Positions 19,046 to 28,721 of a DNA stretch of 64,000 bases are shown here, in pieces. The stretch comes from a candidate division WWE3 bacterium RIFCSPHIGHO2_01_FULL_40_23. GTDB lineage: Bacteria > Patescibacteriota > WWE3 > UBA101185 > 2-01-FULL-41-18. The translations under genes were made by a program, and so were the position numbers. Within the stretch, counting starts at the first letter, position 1. Each line of letters starts with the position of its first letter. The notes under the pieces are model-generated. The model saw only the letters and a program-made list of their open reading frames with translations, was not told where the DNA came from and ran no database searches. The stretch is taken from NCBI GenBank assembly GCA_001772615.1, contig MEUZ01000003.1, positions 350,433-414,432 of the forward strand, written 5' to 3'.

Positions 19046-20155
19046 CTATTCATTGCCGTTTTTTTCTTGATCTTTTACTTCTTCTGACTCGGGCGTTTCT
19101 TGCGCGCTATCTTCACTGACCTTCTCTTTTTTATCTTCTTCCACCTCTGTTTTTTCCTCCACAGGACTCTCAACTGCGGGTTCCTCCTCACTTAAGGAAT
19201 CTACTTCAGGCTTGGCTGTATCGTTTAATCCCTTTATATCTATTCTCCACCCCGTAAGTTTTGCCGCAAGCCTTACATTCTGGCCTTCTTTTCCTATGGC
19301 GAGGCTTAACTGATCATCAGGAACTATAACCTTCGCTTCTTTATTGTCCCTATCTGCGATCACATCCGCAACCTTGGCGGGGGAAAGGCTTGCCGCAATA
19401 AACCTGTCAATTTCAGGGTTATATGGAATTATATCTATTTTCTCACCGTTTAACTCTGCAATAATAGCCTGAACCCTGACACCCTTCTGCCCGACACAGC
19501 TTCCAACCGGATCAACATTGGATTCTTTGGATGAAACTGCGATTTTTGTCCTGCTTCCAGGCTCCCTTGAGATAGCTTCAACCCTCACAACTCCCTGCGC
19601 GACTTCAGGGACTTCCATTGCAAAAAGATTACTAACAAAAAGGGGATCGGCTCTTGAGACGATTATTTCAAGGCCTCTTCCACCTTCTCTTATATCTTTT
19701 ACCAAAACTTTAAGCTTCTGGTTTAAAGAGTATTTTTCGGTTTGAATCTGCTCCGACTGCGGAAGGATACCTTGCGCCTTTCCAAGATCAACAATCACAA
19801 CTCCCTTTTCCATTCTGAAAATATGCGCATTAACAATTGTCCCGATTTTTTTCTTGAAGTCGGCAAACACAGTTTCCTTTTCACTTTCTCTTATTTTTTG
19901 CAAAATTACCTGTTTTGCGGTTTGAGCTGCAATCCTTCCAAAACCGGAAGGGGTTACATCCTCACCACCTTTATAAATTTTTGCTTCGCCCGTGTCGGAA
20001 TCAACGGTTGCCGTAATATCCTCGGTAGTTGAACCGTAATCTTTTTTATAAGCGGATACAAGCGCCGCTCTTATTGTTTCCAGAACCGACTCAACAGGAA
20101 TGCCCCTTTCGGTCGCAACCTGATTTAAAGCTGCATTAAATTCCGATATTGCCAT
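19046..20155 (-). CDS. nusA: Transcription termination/antitermination factor NusA
   Basis: FGRIAAQTAKQVI, EVPE, LSLAIGKEGQNVRLAAKLTGW. Confidence 0.97.
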   Translation of the reverse strand: MAISEFNAALNQVATERGIPVESVLETIRAALVSAYKKDYGSTTEDITATVDSDTGEAKIYKGGEDVTPSGFGRIAAQTAKQVILQKIRESEKETVFADFKKKIGTIVNAHIFRMEKGVVIVDLGKAQGILPQSEQIQTEKYSLNQKLKVLVKDIREGGRGLEIIVSRADPLFVSNLFAMEVPEVAQGVVRVEAISREPGSRTKIAVSSKESNVDPVGSCVGQKGVRVQAIIAELNGEKIDIIPYNPEIDRFIAASLSPAKVADVIADRDNKEAKVIVPDDQLSLAIGKEGQNVRLAAKLTGWRIDIKGLNDTAKPEVDSLSEEEPAVESPVEEKTEVEEDKKEKVSEDSAQETPESEEVKDQEKNGNE

Positions 20156-20184
20156 AAAAAGAAAGGTGGGATTTTAGCCCACCA
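20156..20184 (-). promoter_or_regulatory. Leader hairpin/attenuator directly upstream of nusA
   Basis: Minus strand GGTGGG-ctaaaat-CCCACC-TTTCTTTTT-ATG, downstream of a TTGATT-17-TAACTT promoter. Confidence 0.6.
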
Positions 20185-20304
20185 TTATCAAAAATACTTC
20201 CTGTAAGTTATCACAAAGAGGGCGCCAAATCAAGAAGCAGCGGATATAAAATGGCTTTCAAAAGGAAAAGCCAAAGGCGTAAGCTAAATGTATAATAATG
20301 GAAT

Positions 20305-20700
20305 ATGGTTTCTACCCTTGAACAAACCTTCCCAGCAACTTACGAAAGAGATTCCGACAATGTGATAGCGCAGATAAAATCCCTTGAAGAAGAGATGATG
20401 AAAGAACACAAACTATCAGTAACGGCTCAAAAGCCAAATCCTCTACTGGAGTTTGCTGGGGGGGATAATAGTAACGGCCTAAGCGACAGAGTTGACATAT
20501 CCCTATCCTCAAGAGAAAAGAATCTTGATGCTATAGATATCTTGAAAGCGGTGAGACAAATTGAAGTATTGGTTACCAGAAACAGAGGGCATATTGACAA
20601 AAGTGCCTTCAATTCTCTTAACGATCTTGTGTATCAAAAATTAACGGAGGCCTTAACGGAAGGTGTTGACTTTAATCTCAAATTTACAGCAGAGTTTTAA
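20305..20700 (+). CDS. Hypothetical protein
   Basis: 131-aa ORF with a TATAAT just upstream. Confidence 0.6.
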   Translation: MVSTLEQTFPATYERDSDNVIAQIKSLEEEMMKEHKLSVTAQKPNPLLEFAGGDNSNGLSDRVDISLSSREKNLDAIDILKAVRQIEVLVTRNRGHIDKSAFNSLNDLVYQKLTEALTEGVDFNLKFTAEF

Positions 20701-20744
20701 TATCTCCATTGACACCATACTGAAACCATGGCTATGATTTATTA

Positions 20745-21182
20745 ATGGCTTTACTGGATAAGATTAGGGAATTTGCAAAAACTATTCCGGCCGAAGTTAA
20801 AGAGAGTAAGGATACATACACACTGGAGTTTGTCCTCGCGGAAAGAAAAGCCTTCCTTACAAAACAGAAACTCACATATACGGCGAAATTTAAAATTGAT
20901 GAAAGTAGTAAGGAACTAAGATTTACGGAAATGTTAAAAGAGACAGGCATTGGTCTCTCAAGCGGGGATTCGGATATGAGTCCCGGCTTTGGCTTTAAAG
21001 CCGAGAGTTACAACACATCTTCAGGAGCAAGGGAGGGCACAATCGAAGAGCAGTCTAAAATCTTTGGCGAAAAATATTCTTATAACTTTGATTACTCTTC
21101 CGTCAGAAAAAAACTGGAGGAGCTATCAAAAGAAGAAAGCTATAATTTTAAATACGTATTAACCGGTTCAGGTCTACAGTAA
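20745..21182 (+). CDS. Hypothetical protein
   Basis: 145-aa ORF; TTGACA-17-TATGAT upstream. Confidence 0.7.
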   Translation: MALLDKIREFAKTIPAEVKESKDTYTLEFVLAERKAFLTKQKLTYTAKFKIDESSKELRFTEMLKETGIGLSSGDSDMSPGFGFKAESYNTSSGAREGTIEEQSKIFGEKYSYNFDYSSVRKKLEELSKEESYNFKYVLTGSGLQ

Positions 21183-21200
21183 AGACCAAGGAAAGGATTT

Positions 21201-21680
21201 ATGCTTAACTCAAAAGGCATCGCGGGAAAAGTTATTTTAATAACATGCGGGGGCCTCCTTGTTCTGTTTGTTTTATTTATAGCCCTCGTATTTGGCCTTG
21301 CATCTAAAGGCAATGAAGGGCCCATTAAAGCCGCGGAAGAATTCTTAGACACAATGTCTTCAAGAGAGCTTGAAAAAGCTTATTACTCAACTTCCGGTGC
21401 ATTTCAGAAAGAAGTTTCAAAAGATCAGTTTATGGTATTTGCAGAGCAGTATCCCATCCTTGTTAAAAAAGAAAAAGTTTCTTTTTCGCAAAGGTCAACG
21501 AACAATGATACAGCAGTTCTTAGCGGGACAATCACGGGCGACGGAGGCAAAAAATCCCCCATTACCATAAACCTTGTGAAAGAAGGGGAGGTATGGAAAG
21601 TACTTAACTTAAGCCTAAGAGAAGAAGACGTGCCTAAGGACGATTTAGACACCGATTCATTTGACACTTCTTTGGACTAA
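21201..21680 (+). CDS. Membrane-anchored NTF2-like protein (DUF4864/DUF4878-like)
   Basis: N-terminal TM, A..F......AY...S..FQ, LVKEGEVWKV. Confidence 0.6.
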   Translation: MLNSKGIAGKVILITCGGLLVLFVLFIALVFGLASKGNEGPIKAAEEFLDTMSSRELEKAYYSTSGAFQKEVSKDQFMVFAEQYPILVKKEKVSFSQRSTNNDTAVLSGTITGDGGKKSPITINLVKEGEVWKVLNLSLREEDVPKDDLDTDSFDTSLD

Positions 21681-22618
21681 AGTAGCTTTCTATATTCCTC
21701 CAAAAGCTTCTTTTGTTCCTTTGAAAGCTTTTGAGGAATAATAACAAACAATCTCACAAACATGTCACCTCTCTGTGTGCTTCTTAATCTTGGCATGCCT
21801 TTTCCTTTAATTCTAAATTCGGTGCCGGGCTGTGTGCCTTGCGGAACTCTCATCCTCGTTACGGATTCTCCTGCTCCTGAAAGGGGATCAACAACGGGTA
21901 TTTCAACCTCATCCCCAAGGATTGCCTGAACAAATGAAACTTCCTTGGTCACATAAATGTCATCACCGTGCCTTTGAAAAACTTTATGGGGATAAATTCT
22001 TATCGTTATATGAAGATCTCCTGGAGGAAGCCCACTAGGACCTTCTTCACCGTAGCCCTCAAACCTTAATTCATTTCCATCCCTTATTCCCGCGGGAATT
22101 TTAATCTTTAACCTCTTGCCGTTAATATTTATTTCTTCCTCCCTTCCCCTAACCGAATCGGCAAAAGATATTGTCATCTCATAATCAAGATTTTTGCCTT
22201 TTCTTGGCCTCCTTGAACCCCCAAATCCCCTAAACCCAAAAACCTGCTCAAAAATGTCAAAGGGATCAAAGTCCTCCCCAAAGCCTTCAAAACCTTGACC
22301 GCCTGTTGAATAAGTATAGGTAAATGGACCCCACTGCCCGGCTCGCTGCCCCCCGAAACCGCCAAATGGACCCTCTCCGGGAAATCCTCCGTAACCCGGT
22401 TGAGCCGTGCCATAGGTATCATACATTTTTCTTTTTTGCGGATCTGACAAAACCTGATACGCTTCGTTTATCTCTTTAAACTTGGCCTCCGCTGCCGTTT
22501 TATCTTTTGCAACATCGGGATGGTGCTCTTTTGCCAGCCTTTTATAAGCGGCTTTGATTTCTTCTCCCGAAGCGTTTTTTGAAATTCCTAAAATTTCATA
22601 ATAATCTCTTTGAGCCAT
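21677..22618 (-). CDS. dnaJ: DnaJ-class chaperone without zinc finger (type II/CbpA-like)
   Basis: DYYEILG, HPD motif, G/F region, C-terminal domain; no CxxCxGxG repeats. Confidence 0.9.
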   Translation of the reverse strand: MAQRDYYEILGISKNASGEEIKAAYKRLAKEHHPDVAKDKTAAEAKFKEINEAYQVLSDPQKRKMYDTYGTAQPGYGGFPGEGPFGGFGGQRAGQWGPFTYTYSTGGQGFEGFGEDFDPFDIFEQVFGFRGFGGSRRPRKGKNLDYEMTISFADSVRGREEEININGKRLKIKIPAGIRDGNELRFEGYGEEGPSGLPPGDLHITIRIYPHKVFQRHGDDIYVTKEVSFVQAILGDEVEIPVVDPLSGAGESVTRMRVPQGTQPGTEFRIKGKGMPRLRSTQRGDMFVRLFVIIPQKLSKEQKKLLEEYRKLL

Positions 22619-22644
22619 AGTAAAATGTATTTTACATCAAAAAT

Positions 22645-22678
22645 AAAAAAGGGCGTCCGACTTAAAGCCAAACGCCCC
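22645..22678 (-). terminator. Intrinsic terminator
   Basis: Minus strand GGGCGT...ACGCCC-TTTTTT. Confidence 0.7.
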
Positions 22679-22703
22679 AAAGTTTCGGGTGCACACTTTC
22701 CTC

Positions 22704-22922
22704 TCAAGGTGCTACCGGGGCTTTTGGAAAAATAAAAGCCGCCAAAGAAAGGGCGAGCGAAAAAAGTAGGGGTGCAATGAGGGCCCTCACTATTTCTTCA
22801 AAATCCCAGCTATGCCCCGTTATCCAATCGGCAGTAAAGCTTCCAAGCATTACAAAAGAGAGGAAAACGAATGTGACTATAAAGCCAAACGCCGCTCCCG
22901 TGAACCGAAGTCTAAGGTTCAT
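22704..22922 (-). CDS. Small orphan 2-TM membrane protein (cassette-like)
   Basis: GAAAGGAG SD, two TM segments, own terminator. Confidence 0.7.
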   Translation of the reverse strand: MNLRLRFTGAAFGFIVTFVFLSFVMLGSFTADWITGHSWDFEEIVRALIAPLLFSLALSLAAFIFPKAPVAP

Positions 22923-23103
22923 CTTAAATCTCCTTTCTTCTCTACGCCGATTGTAGCAGATAACGTTTACTAATTCATTTTTCCATTATGGGAATGTAAA
23001 AAGTGCTAAATTCGGCACCTGCATTTTTGCAATTTATAGATAGGAAATGTTAACATTTACCAACGCACAGGAGAAGCTAACCAAACTAAAGAGGAGAGGA
23101 AAG

Positions 23104-23475
23104 ATGCTAACCCTTTTGATTTTCAATTTCCCAAATCAGATAAGAATTCAAGGAGAAGTGGTAGAAACTCTATTCAAAGCACTCGCCGGTCTGTGTCAAA
23201 TAAGCGAGAGAGATATCAGGCCGCATATTCTAAATACTGCCTGCTGTTTACTTGAGCCGAATGGGAGGCTGGCCCAGCCCTACAGACACGGTGTGCATGT
23301 TCTAGTTGAATGGCAGGAAAAGCGCGATGATCTTACCGTAATCGCTGGCATCGCTTTTGCCATACAAGCCTTTCTGGATGCACATGGATTTGGCGACTAC
23401 TCCGATATCCTTTTCCTTGGCACACAGGCGCATTTCCACCATGGGGAACTGGTTTTGGCTACGCCCCAAGCATGA
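23104..23475 (+). CDS. Small orphan protein, possible tautomerase-like fold (cassette-like)
   Basis: GAGGAGAGG SD, ATG 23104, terminator 23485-23513. Confidence 0.65.
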   Translation: MLTLLIFNFPNQIRIQGEVVETLFKALAGLCQISERDIRPHILNTACCLLEPNGRLAQPYRHGVHVLVEWQEKRDDLTVIAGIAFAIQAFLDAHGFGDYSDILFLGTQAHFHHGELVLATPQA

Positions 23476-23484
23476 ACTACACAC

Positions 23485-23513
23485 AAGCCCTGTCTTTTAA
23501 AAGCGGGGCTTTT
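23485..23513 (+). terminator. Intrinsic terminator
   Basis: AAGCCCTG...CGGGGCTTTT. Confidence 0.7.
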
Positions 23514-23592
23514 GTCCCCCATTTAAACTCCCATTGATGACGGTAAAGGCATTATGATAAAATAGGGATTAGATAAACGAAAGGAGAAGGCT

Positions 23593-23895
23593 ATGATTTC
23601 AGTAAAGGTCACAACCGATGGGGTGCCACTAGTTCCTTTCATGGAAAGACTCCAGATCGCGATCAAAAGGTTCATCGCAGGGTACACCTCAATTCCTGAA
23701 AGGGATATTGAAGTAAATTGGTGTTTTGGAACAGCCCCGCAAGCCCGAAACCTCAGTGTAGCTCTTGAAGTTCAAGGCACGACACAGGAAACACTCGGAA
23801 CCAGGCTTTTACAACTCCTGACGGGGAATCGAGTGCTTCCCGAATCTGTGAGGGATGTTTCGGTAACCGTAAATGGAGTCACAAACCGCTTATGA
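23593..23895 (+). CDS. Small orphan protein, possible tautomerase-like fold (cassette-like)
   Basis: TGaTAAAAT promoter, GAAAGGAG SD, terminator 23925-23953. Confidence 0.7.
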   Translation: MISVKVTTDGVPLVPFMERLQIAIKRFIAGYTSIPERDIEVNWCFGTAPQARNLSVALEVQGTTQETLGTRLLQLLTGNRVLPESVRDVSVTVNGVTNRL

Positions 23896-23924
23896 CACCT
23901 TCAACGGCTACCGACAAGAAATTC

Positions 23925-23953
23925 AACCCTGATATCAAACGTCAGGGTTTTTT
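23925..23953 (+). terminator. Intrinsic terminator
   Basis: AACCCTGA...TCAGGGTTTTTT. Confidence 0.75.
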
Positions 23954-23974
23954 ATTCCTACAATTTCAAACGGA

Positions 23975-24054
23975 TTGTCATTCCGGCGCCTGTCCACCTA
24001 TGGCGGGAAAGCCAGAATCTATTATGAGATCCTGGATCAAGTCCAGGATGACAA
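23975..24054. repeat. REP-like GTCAT...ATGAC palindromic element
   Basis: TTGTCAT...ATGACAA termini, internal ATCCTGGAtcaagTCCAGGAT hairpin. Confidence 0.8.
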
Positions 24055-24078
24055 ACACCTTTATGCAGCAATAAAAGC

Positions 24079-26004
24079 CTACTCAACAACCTCACCTTCA
24101 ACCGGGCCTTGACTGTCTGAATCAGAAGGCCCTCCTCCCGAACCACTTCCTCCTGATGGACCGGAAGAACCCGGACCTTCGGGACCCGTAGATGTTCCCG
24201 CCCCGGTCTGTCCCTGGCCGTACATGTACTGACCAATCTTTTGAAGGCTCGCAGACAAATCTGAAGTCTTATTTTTAAGCTCCGTTGCGTCAGCCGTTGA
24301 TAAAACATCCCGTATCCCTTTCACCTTATCTTCAATTTCCTTTTTTAAGTCGGCAGGAACTTTGTCTCCTGCATCCCTTAAAGACTTCTCCGCCGTATAG
24401 CAAAGGTTATCAGCCGTATTTCTGGCTTCTGCCAGTTCTTTTCTCTTTCTATCTTCTTCGGCGTGCGCCCCTGCTTCCTTTACCATCCTGTCAACCTCTT
24501 CTTTTGACAAACCCGTCCCTCCCTGTATCGTAATATGCTGTTCCTTATTGGTAGCCTTATCTTTTGCCTTCACGTTTAAAATCCCATTAGCGTCTATATC
24601 AAACGCAACCTCAACCTGCGGAACTCCACGCGGTGCGGGTGGAATCCCGTCAAGAATAAATCTTCCAAGACTTTTATTATCCGAAGCCATCTCTCGCTCT
24701 CCCTGCAAAACATTAACCTCAACCGAAGTCTGATTATCGGCAGCCGTTGAAAACACCTGTGAAGCAGACGTAGGAATGGTTGTGTTTCGCTTTATTAGAG
24801 GCGTCATTACACCTCCGAGTGTCTCAAGCCCAAGAGTCAGAGGCGTAACATCAAGAAGAAGGATATCTTTAACTTCTCCACCTAAAACACCCCCCTGAAT
24901 GGCGGCGCCAACGGCCACAACTTCATCAGGATTAACTCCCATGTGGGGCTCCTTTCCAAAAAAGTTTCTGACCGTCTCAACAACTTTAGGCATTCTTGTC
25001 ATACCCCCGACAAGAACAACTTCATCTATATCCTTAACCGTAACTCCTGCATCAGAAAGTGCACGTTCAATAGGAGAAACGGTTCTTTGAATGAGCCCAT
25101 CCATAAGCTGTTCCAGCTTAGCCCTGGTAAGCTTAACCTGAAGGTGCTTGGGGCCTGAAGAATCGGCAGTAATAAAAGGTATATTAATTTCAGTTTCCAT
25201 TACGGATGAAAGTTCTATTTTTGCCTTCTCCGCCGCATCCTTTAATCTTTGCAATGCCTGCCTGTCTTTTGACAAATCAATTCCATTCTCTTTTTTAAAC
25301 TCGGAGGTTAAAAAGTTAATTAAAACGTTGTCAAAATCATCACCTCCAAGGTGCGTGTCTCCATTGGTCGACTTAACTTCAAAGACCCCGTCTCCTATTT
25401 CAAGAACCGAAACGTCAAAAGTCCCCCCGCCAAGGTCATAAACACATATCCTCTCGTTTTTCTTTTTATCAAGGCCGTAAGCAAGGGATGCGGCCGTCGG
25501 CTCATTAATAATTCTTTTCACATCAAGCCCTGCAATCTGCCCCGCTTCCTTGGTCGCATTTCTTTGAGAGTCGTCAAAATAAGCGGGGACTGTAATAACT
25601 GCTTCAGTTACCACTTGACCAAGAAACGCTTCCGCATCCGCCTTTAATTTAGATAAAATTTTTGCTGAAATTTCTTGAGGAGTATAAATTGTGCCTTCTA
25701 TCTCAACGCAGGCAAGTCCCCCTTTCCCCTCAACAATGTTATACGGAAGCGCTTTAATAAGATTTTGAACTTCGGGGTCTGAAAACCTTCTTCCCATAAG
25801 TCTTTTGATAGAAAAAATAGTGTTTTTTGGATTTACTATCTGCTGTCTTTTAGCGGGCACACCAACCAGATTTTTGGAAGGATCAACAATTGAGGGTGTT
25901 GTATTCATCCCTTCTCTGTTTGGCATAACTTTAGGGGAACCTGCTTCCATAACGGCCATGCATGAATTTGTTGTTCCAAGATCAATTCCTATAATTTTTC
26001 CCAT
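24079..26004 (-). CDS. dnaK: Chaperone DnaK
   Basis: [35 protein letters not shown]; AAAGGAGG SD. Confidence 0.98.
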   Translation of the reverse strand: MGKIIGIDLGTTNSCMAVMEAGSPKVMPNREGMNTTPSIVDPSKNLVGVPAKRQQIVNPKNTIFSIKRLMGRRFSDPEVQNLIKALPYNIVEGKGGLACVEIEGTIYTPQEISAKILSKLKADAEAFLGQVVTEAVITVPAYFDDSQRNATKEAGQIAGLDVKRIINEPTAASLAYGLDKKKNERICVYDLGGGTFDVSVLEIGDGVFEVKSTNGDTHLGGDDFDNVLINFLTSEFKKENGIDLSKDRQALQRLKDAAEKAKIELSSVMETEINIPFITADSSGPKHLQVKLTRAKLEQLMDGLIQRTVSPIERALSDAGVTVKDIDEVVLVGGMTRMPKVVETVRNFFGKEPHMGVNPDEVVAVGAAIQGGVLGGEVKDILLLDVTPLTLGLETLGGVMTPLIKRNTTIPTSASQVFSTAADNQTSVEVNVLQGEREMASDNKSLGRFILDGIPPAPRGVPQVEVAFDIDANGILNVKAKDKATNKEQHITIQGGTGLSKEEVDRMVKEAGAHAEEDRKRKELAEARNTADNLCYTAEKSLRDAGDKVPADLKKEIEDKVKGIRDVLSTADATELKNKTSDLSASLQKIGQYMYGQGQTGAGTSTGPEGPGSSGPSGGSGSGGGPSDSDSQGPVEGEVVE

Positions 26005-26078
26005 ATAAAATCCTCCTTTAAGTAAAAGATAACTTCATTATAGAGTTGATATTCATTCTCCCTCTTCAAGAACAAATA

Positions 26079-26534
26079 TCAGCTTCCAATGGCTTTCCCT
26101 ACCTTAACTCTGGCGGGGCGGATAACTTTATCACGTATTTTATAGCCTTTTAATACCACCTCTATAACTTTATTATCTTCGCCTTCAACAATTTCCGAAG
26201 CTTCCATTGACGAAGGGTCAAAATCTTTTCCTAAAGCTTCTATTTCTTCCGCACCCTCATCCTTTATAATATCCGAAAGCTGTTTTGTAATAAGAGCCAA
26301 CCCCTGATCTGAAAGATGCTCGCAGAGGTTTTCAAGATTATCAAGAACGGGTATAAGCCTTTCAAGAAGAATAAAATTTGAAAATGCGACCACCGCTTCT
26401 TTTTCTTCATTAAATCTTCTCTCAAGATTTTTATAATCAGCCAAGGCTCTTTTCCAGCTTTCTTCGAGCTCTTTTACCTTTAAATCTTTTTCATTTTGTT
26501 TTTGATCGTTCTGATCTGAAATATTATTATCCAT
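26079..26534 (-). CDS. grpE: Nucleotide exchange factor GrpE
   Basis: RALADYKN, FDP, GY...DKVIRPARVKV. Confidence 0.95.
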   Translation of the reverse strand: MDNNISDQNDQKQNEKDLKVKELEESWKRALADYKNLERRFNEEKEAVVAFSNFILLERLIPVLDNLENLCEHLSDQGLALITKQLSDIIKDEGAEEIEALGKDFDPSSMEASEIVEGEDNKVIEVVLKGYKIRDKVIRPARVKVGKAIGS

Positions 26535-27259
26535 TACCAGCTTGCACCTAACTCCTCAAGTAAACTTTTTACATATCTTACCGAAGGAACAATAGTTCCA
26601 TATGGCATTCTCGCAGGCCCTAAAACGGCGACCACGCCCGAATGCCTGCCAGATGAATAAGGCGCAAATACAATACAGCATGGTTTAAGATTTGTTAACC
26701 CCGTTTCCTCTCCAATTATAGTTTTTACGTCCTTATCCGAATGAGCTCTTTCAAAAATCTGATGCAAAATCTCATGGTTATCAAGAAGATGCAACGCAGC
26801 TTTAGCAACATCAATTTCCCAAAACTCTTTTTCATCCAAAACATTTACGCTTCCCGCATAAAATACATGCCCATCATAAGTTGTGGTTATTGCAAGTTTT
26901 TTAGTAAATTCAGAAAGGGCTATAGCCGCCTGTCTTAAAAGTTTTTCAAATTCAAATCTTACAGGCCAGAGCTTTTGCTTCATGGCTACTTCCTGAAGGA
27001 TTGGAAGCTCGGATTCATCAAGGAGCTGATCAACGTAAAATCTAAACCCCATAGTAGTTGGAGTTCTGCCTGCTGAAGTATGCCTCATTTCAAGAAAACC
27101 CTTTTTAATAAGATCCACCATTTCATTTCTTACGGTTGCGGCTGAAACTTTAAGCTTATACTTTTCAACAAGCTTCTGCGACCCAACGGCATCGGACGAA
27201 TCTATATACTCCTGAATAATGGCTTTTAGAAGACCTACCTGCCTTTCCGAAAGATCCAT
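26534..27259 (-). CDS. hrcA: Heat-inducible transcription repressor HrcA (short form)
   Basis: SAATVRNEM, HTSAGRTPT..G.RFYV, VLGPARMPY. Confidence 0.93.
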   Translation of the reverse strand: MDLSERQVGLLKAIIQEYIDSSDAVGSQKLVEKYKLKVSAATVRNEMVDLIKKGFLEMRHTSAGRTPTTMGFRFYVDQLLDESELPILQEVAMKQKLWPVRFEFEKLLRQAAIALSEFTKKLAITTTYDGHVFYAGSVNVLDEKEFWEIDVAKAALHLLDNHEILHQIFERAHSDKDVKTIIGEETGLTNLKPCCIVFAPYSSGRHSGVVAVLGPARMPYGTIVPSVRYVKSLLEELGASW

Positions 27260-27331
27260 AAGTGTGTATGTTGCACGGCGCTTGAGCAGTAAACCCCCGG
27301 CAAAATAAAATTTAATAAATTAAGTTTTCAC

Positions 27332-27366
27332 TTATCAGTATTATATTTAGAGTGCCAACTTGTCAA
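27332..27366 (-). promoter_or_regulatory. hrcA promoter with overlapping degenerate CIRCE
   Basis: Minus strand TTGACA..TATAAT overlapped by TTGGCACTC-N9-TACTGATAA (consensus TTAGCACTC-N9-GAGTGCTAA). Confidence 0.7.
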
Positions 27367-27426
27367 GAGCTAAGTTTGAGGATGTTGTTGATTTAAAGCT
27401 TATAGTAAACTATGATTGTTTGTAAC

Positions 27427-28116
27427 ATGAATTTTCACATCATCACGCTCTTTCCTGAAATGTTTGAGGGGGTATTTGAGCGCTCGCTTATAAAAAGAGC
27501 CAGAGAGAAAGGGATCATTAACATAAACCTTATCCAGCTAAGAGATTTTGCTATTGATAGGCATGGGACGGTTGACGACAAACCATACGGCGGCGGTGTT
27601 GGGATGCTCCTTATAGCAAAACCTATTTTTGATGCCGTCAGATCTGTTTATCCAAGTGCCGGTAACCCTTCCGAAAAATCAACAAATAAGAGAGTGATAC
27701 TTCTTTCACCAAGAGGAGAAAAGCTTTCACAGGAAAAGGTTAAAAAGCTTTCAAAGCTTTCAGAAATAATTTTAATTTGCGGAAGGTATGAAGGCGTTGA
27801 TGATAGGGTTCACAGCCTTTGCGATGAAGAGATTTCAATCGGGGACTATGTGCTATCCGGAGGTGAGATACCGGCAATGGTTTTAGTGGACTCTGTATCA
27901 AGACTTATTAAAGGCGTTTTAATAAAAGAGGAAGCTTTAAAAACTGAATCATTTACAAACGGCGTAATTGAATTTCCCCAGTATACAAGGCCAGAAAATT
28001 TTGAGGGTATGAAAGTCCCTGAAATTTTATTATCGGGAGATCATAAAAAAATTGAGGACTGGAAAAAAGAGCAGGCAAGAAAACTTACAAAAGATAAAAG
28101 ACCCGACCTTTTATAG
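27427..28116 (+). CDS. trmD: tRNA (guanine-N1)-methyltransferase
   Basis: ITLFPEMF, VDDKPYGGG.GM, CGRYEGVD.R, SIGDYVLSGGE. Confidence 0.97.
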   Translation: MNFHIITLFPEMFEGVFERSLIKRAREKGIININLIQLRDFAIDRHGTVDDKPYGGGVGMLLIAKPIFDAVRSVYPSAGNPSEKSTNKRVILLSPRGEKLSQEKVKKLSKLSEIILICGRYEGVDDRVHSLCDEEISIGDYVLSGGEIPAMVLVDSVSRLIKGVLIKEEALKTESFTNGVIEFPQYTRPENFEGMKVPEILLSGDHKKIEDWKKEQARKLTKDKRPDLL

Positions 28117-28214
28117 AGATTGCTTCGCTACGCTCGCAATGACTTTGTTAACATTCCCGTCATTGCGAGGACCCGCCTCTCAAGCGAGGCGAGAGGGCGG
28201 GGACGAAGCAATCT
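28117..28214. repeat. REP-like palindromic element (GTCATTGCGAG/CGAAGCAATCT type)
   Basis: AGATTGCTTCG..CTCGCAATGAC / GTCATTGCGAG..CGAAGCAATCT inverted halves. Confidence 0.8.
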
Positions 28215-28280
28215 AGCCCATTTATCTGATTTGAAAAAATTTCCTGTTGTTGTAGACTAAAACTCCAAAGGAGACGACCA

Positions 28281-28640
28281 ATGAACGGCAAACCAAAGGC
28301 AGTTCTGTTTTTGGATTCGAACGAGTCTTACTTGCGTTTTTGGAAGTATGAGCTAAGAAGCGTATTACATGTCCTCACCGCCCAAACCACGAGGCAAGCT
28401 AAAGAGGTTTTCAACCAAAACAACGGCAAGTACAACATTATTGCCATTGTAATTGACGTGGGGGTGGACAAATTTCCAGAGTTCCTAGCGTTCATTAAAA
28501 AAAGTGCAGGGTACATAGGCGAAATAATCGCCACAGCTAGCACCTTCAATGAATATCAACGCTTTTTAAGGCTTGATTTCACCGTGGGTGTTATTAAGAC
28601 TGACGCAGCCGACAAGATCCGAGAGCTTGCACACAAGTAA
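28281..28640 (+). CDS. Orphan stand-alone protein with degenerate CheY-like receiver fold (cassette-like)
   Basis: VLFLDSNE, AIVID, IIATAS, V.K pattern; AAAGGAG SD; terminator 28650-28682. Confidence 0.6.
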   Translation: MNGKPKAVLFLDSNESYLRFWKYELRSVLHVLTAQTTRQAKEVFNQNNGKYNIIAIVIDVGVDKFPEFLAFIKKSAGYIGEIIATASTFNEYQRFLRLDFTVGVIKTDAADKIRELAHK

Positions 28641-28649
28641 CTCTCTATC

Positions 28650-28682
28650 ACCCGTTTGCCACCAAAAGCAAGCGGGTTTTTT
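28650..28682 (+). terminator. Intrinsic terminator
   Basis: ACCCGTTTGC...GCAAGCGGGT-TTTTT. Confidence 0.8.
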
Positions 28683-28721
28683 AATTTGACACTAAAATAC
28701 ATAGTAGTATCATTAACCGCA

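Noticed and set aside
23892-24308. ORFs 23892+ and 23958-
   Set aside because: They run through a terminator, a REP element or the dnaK tail in another frame.
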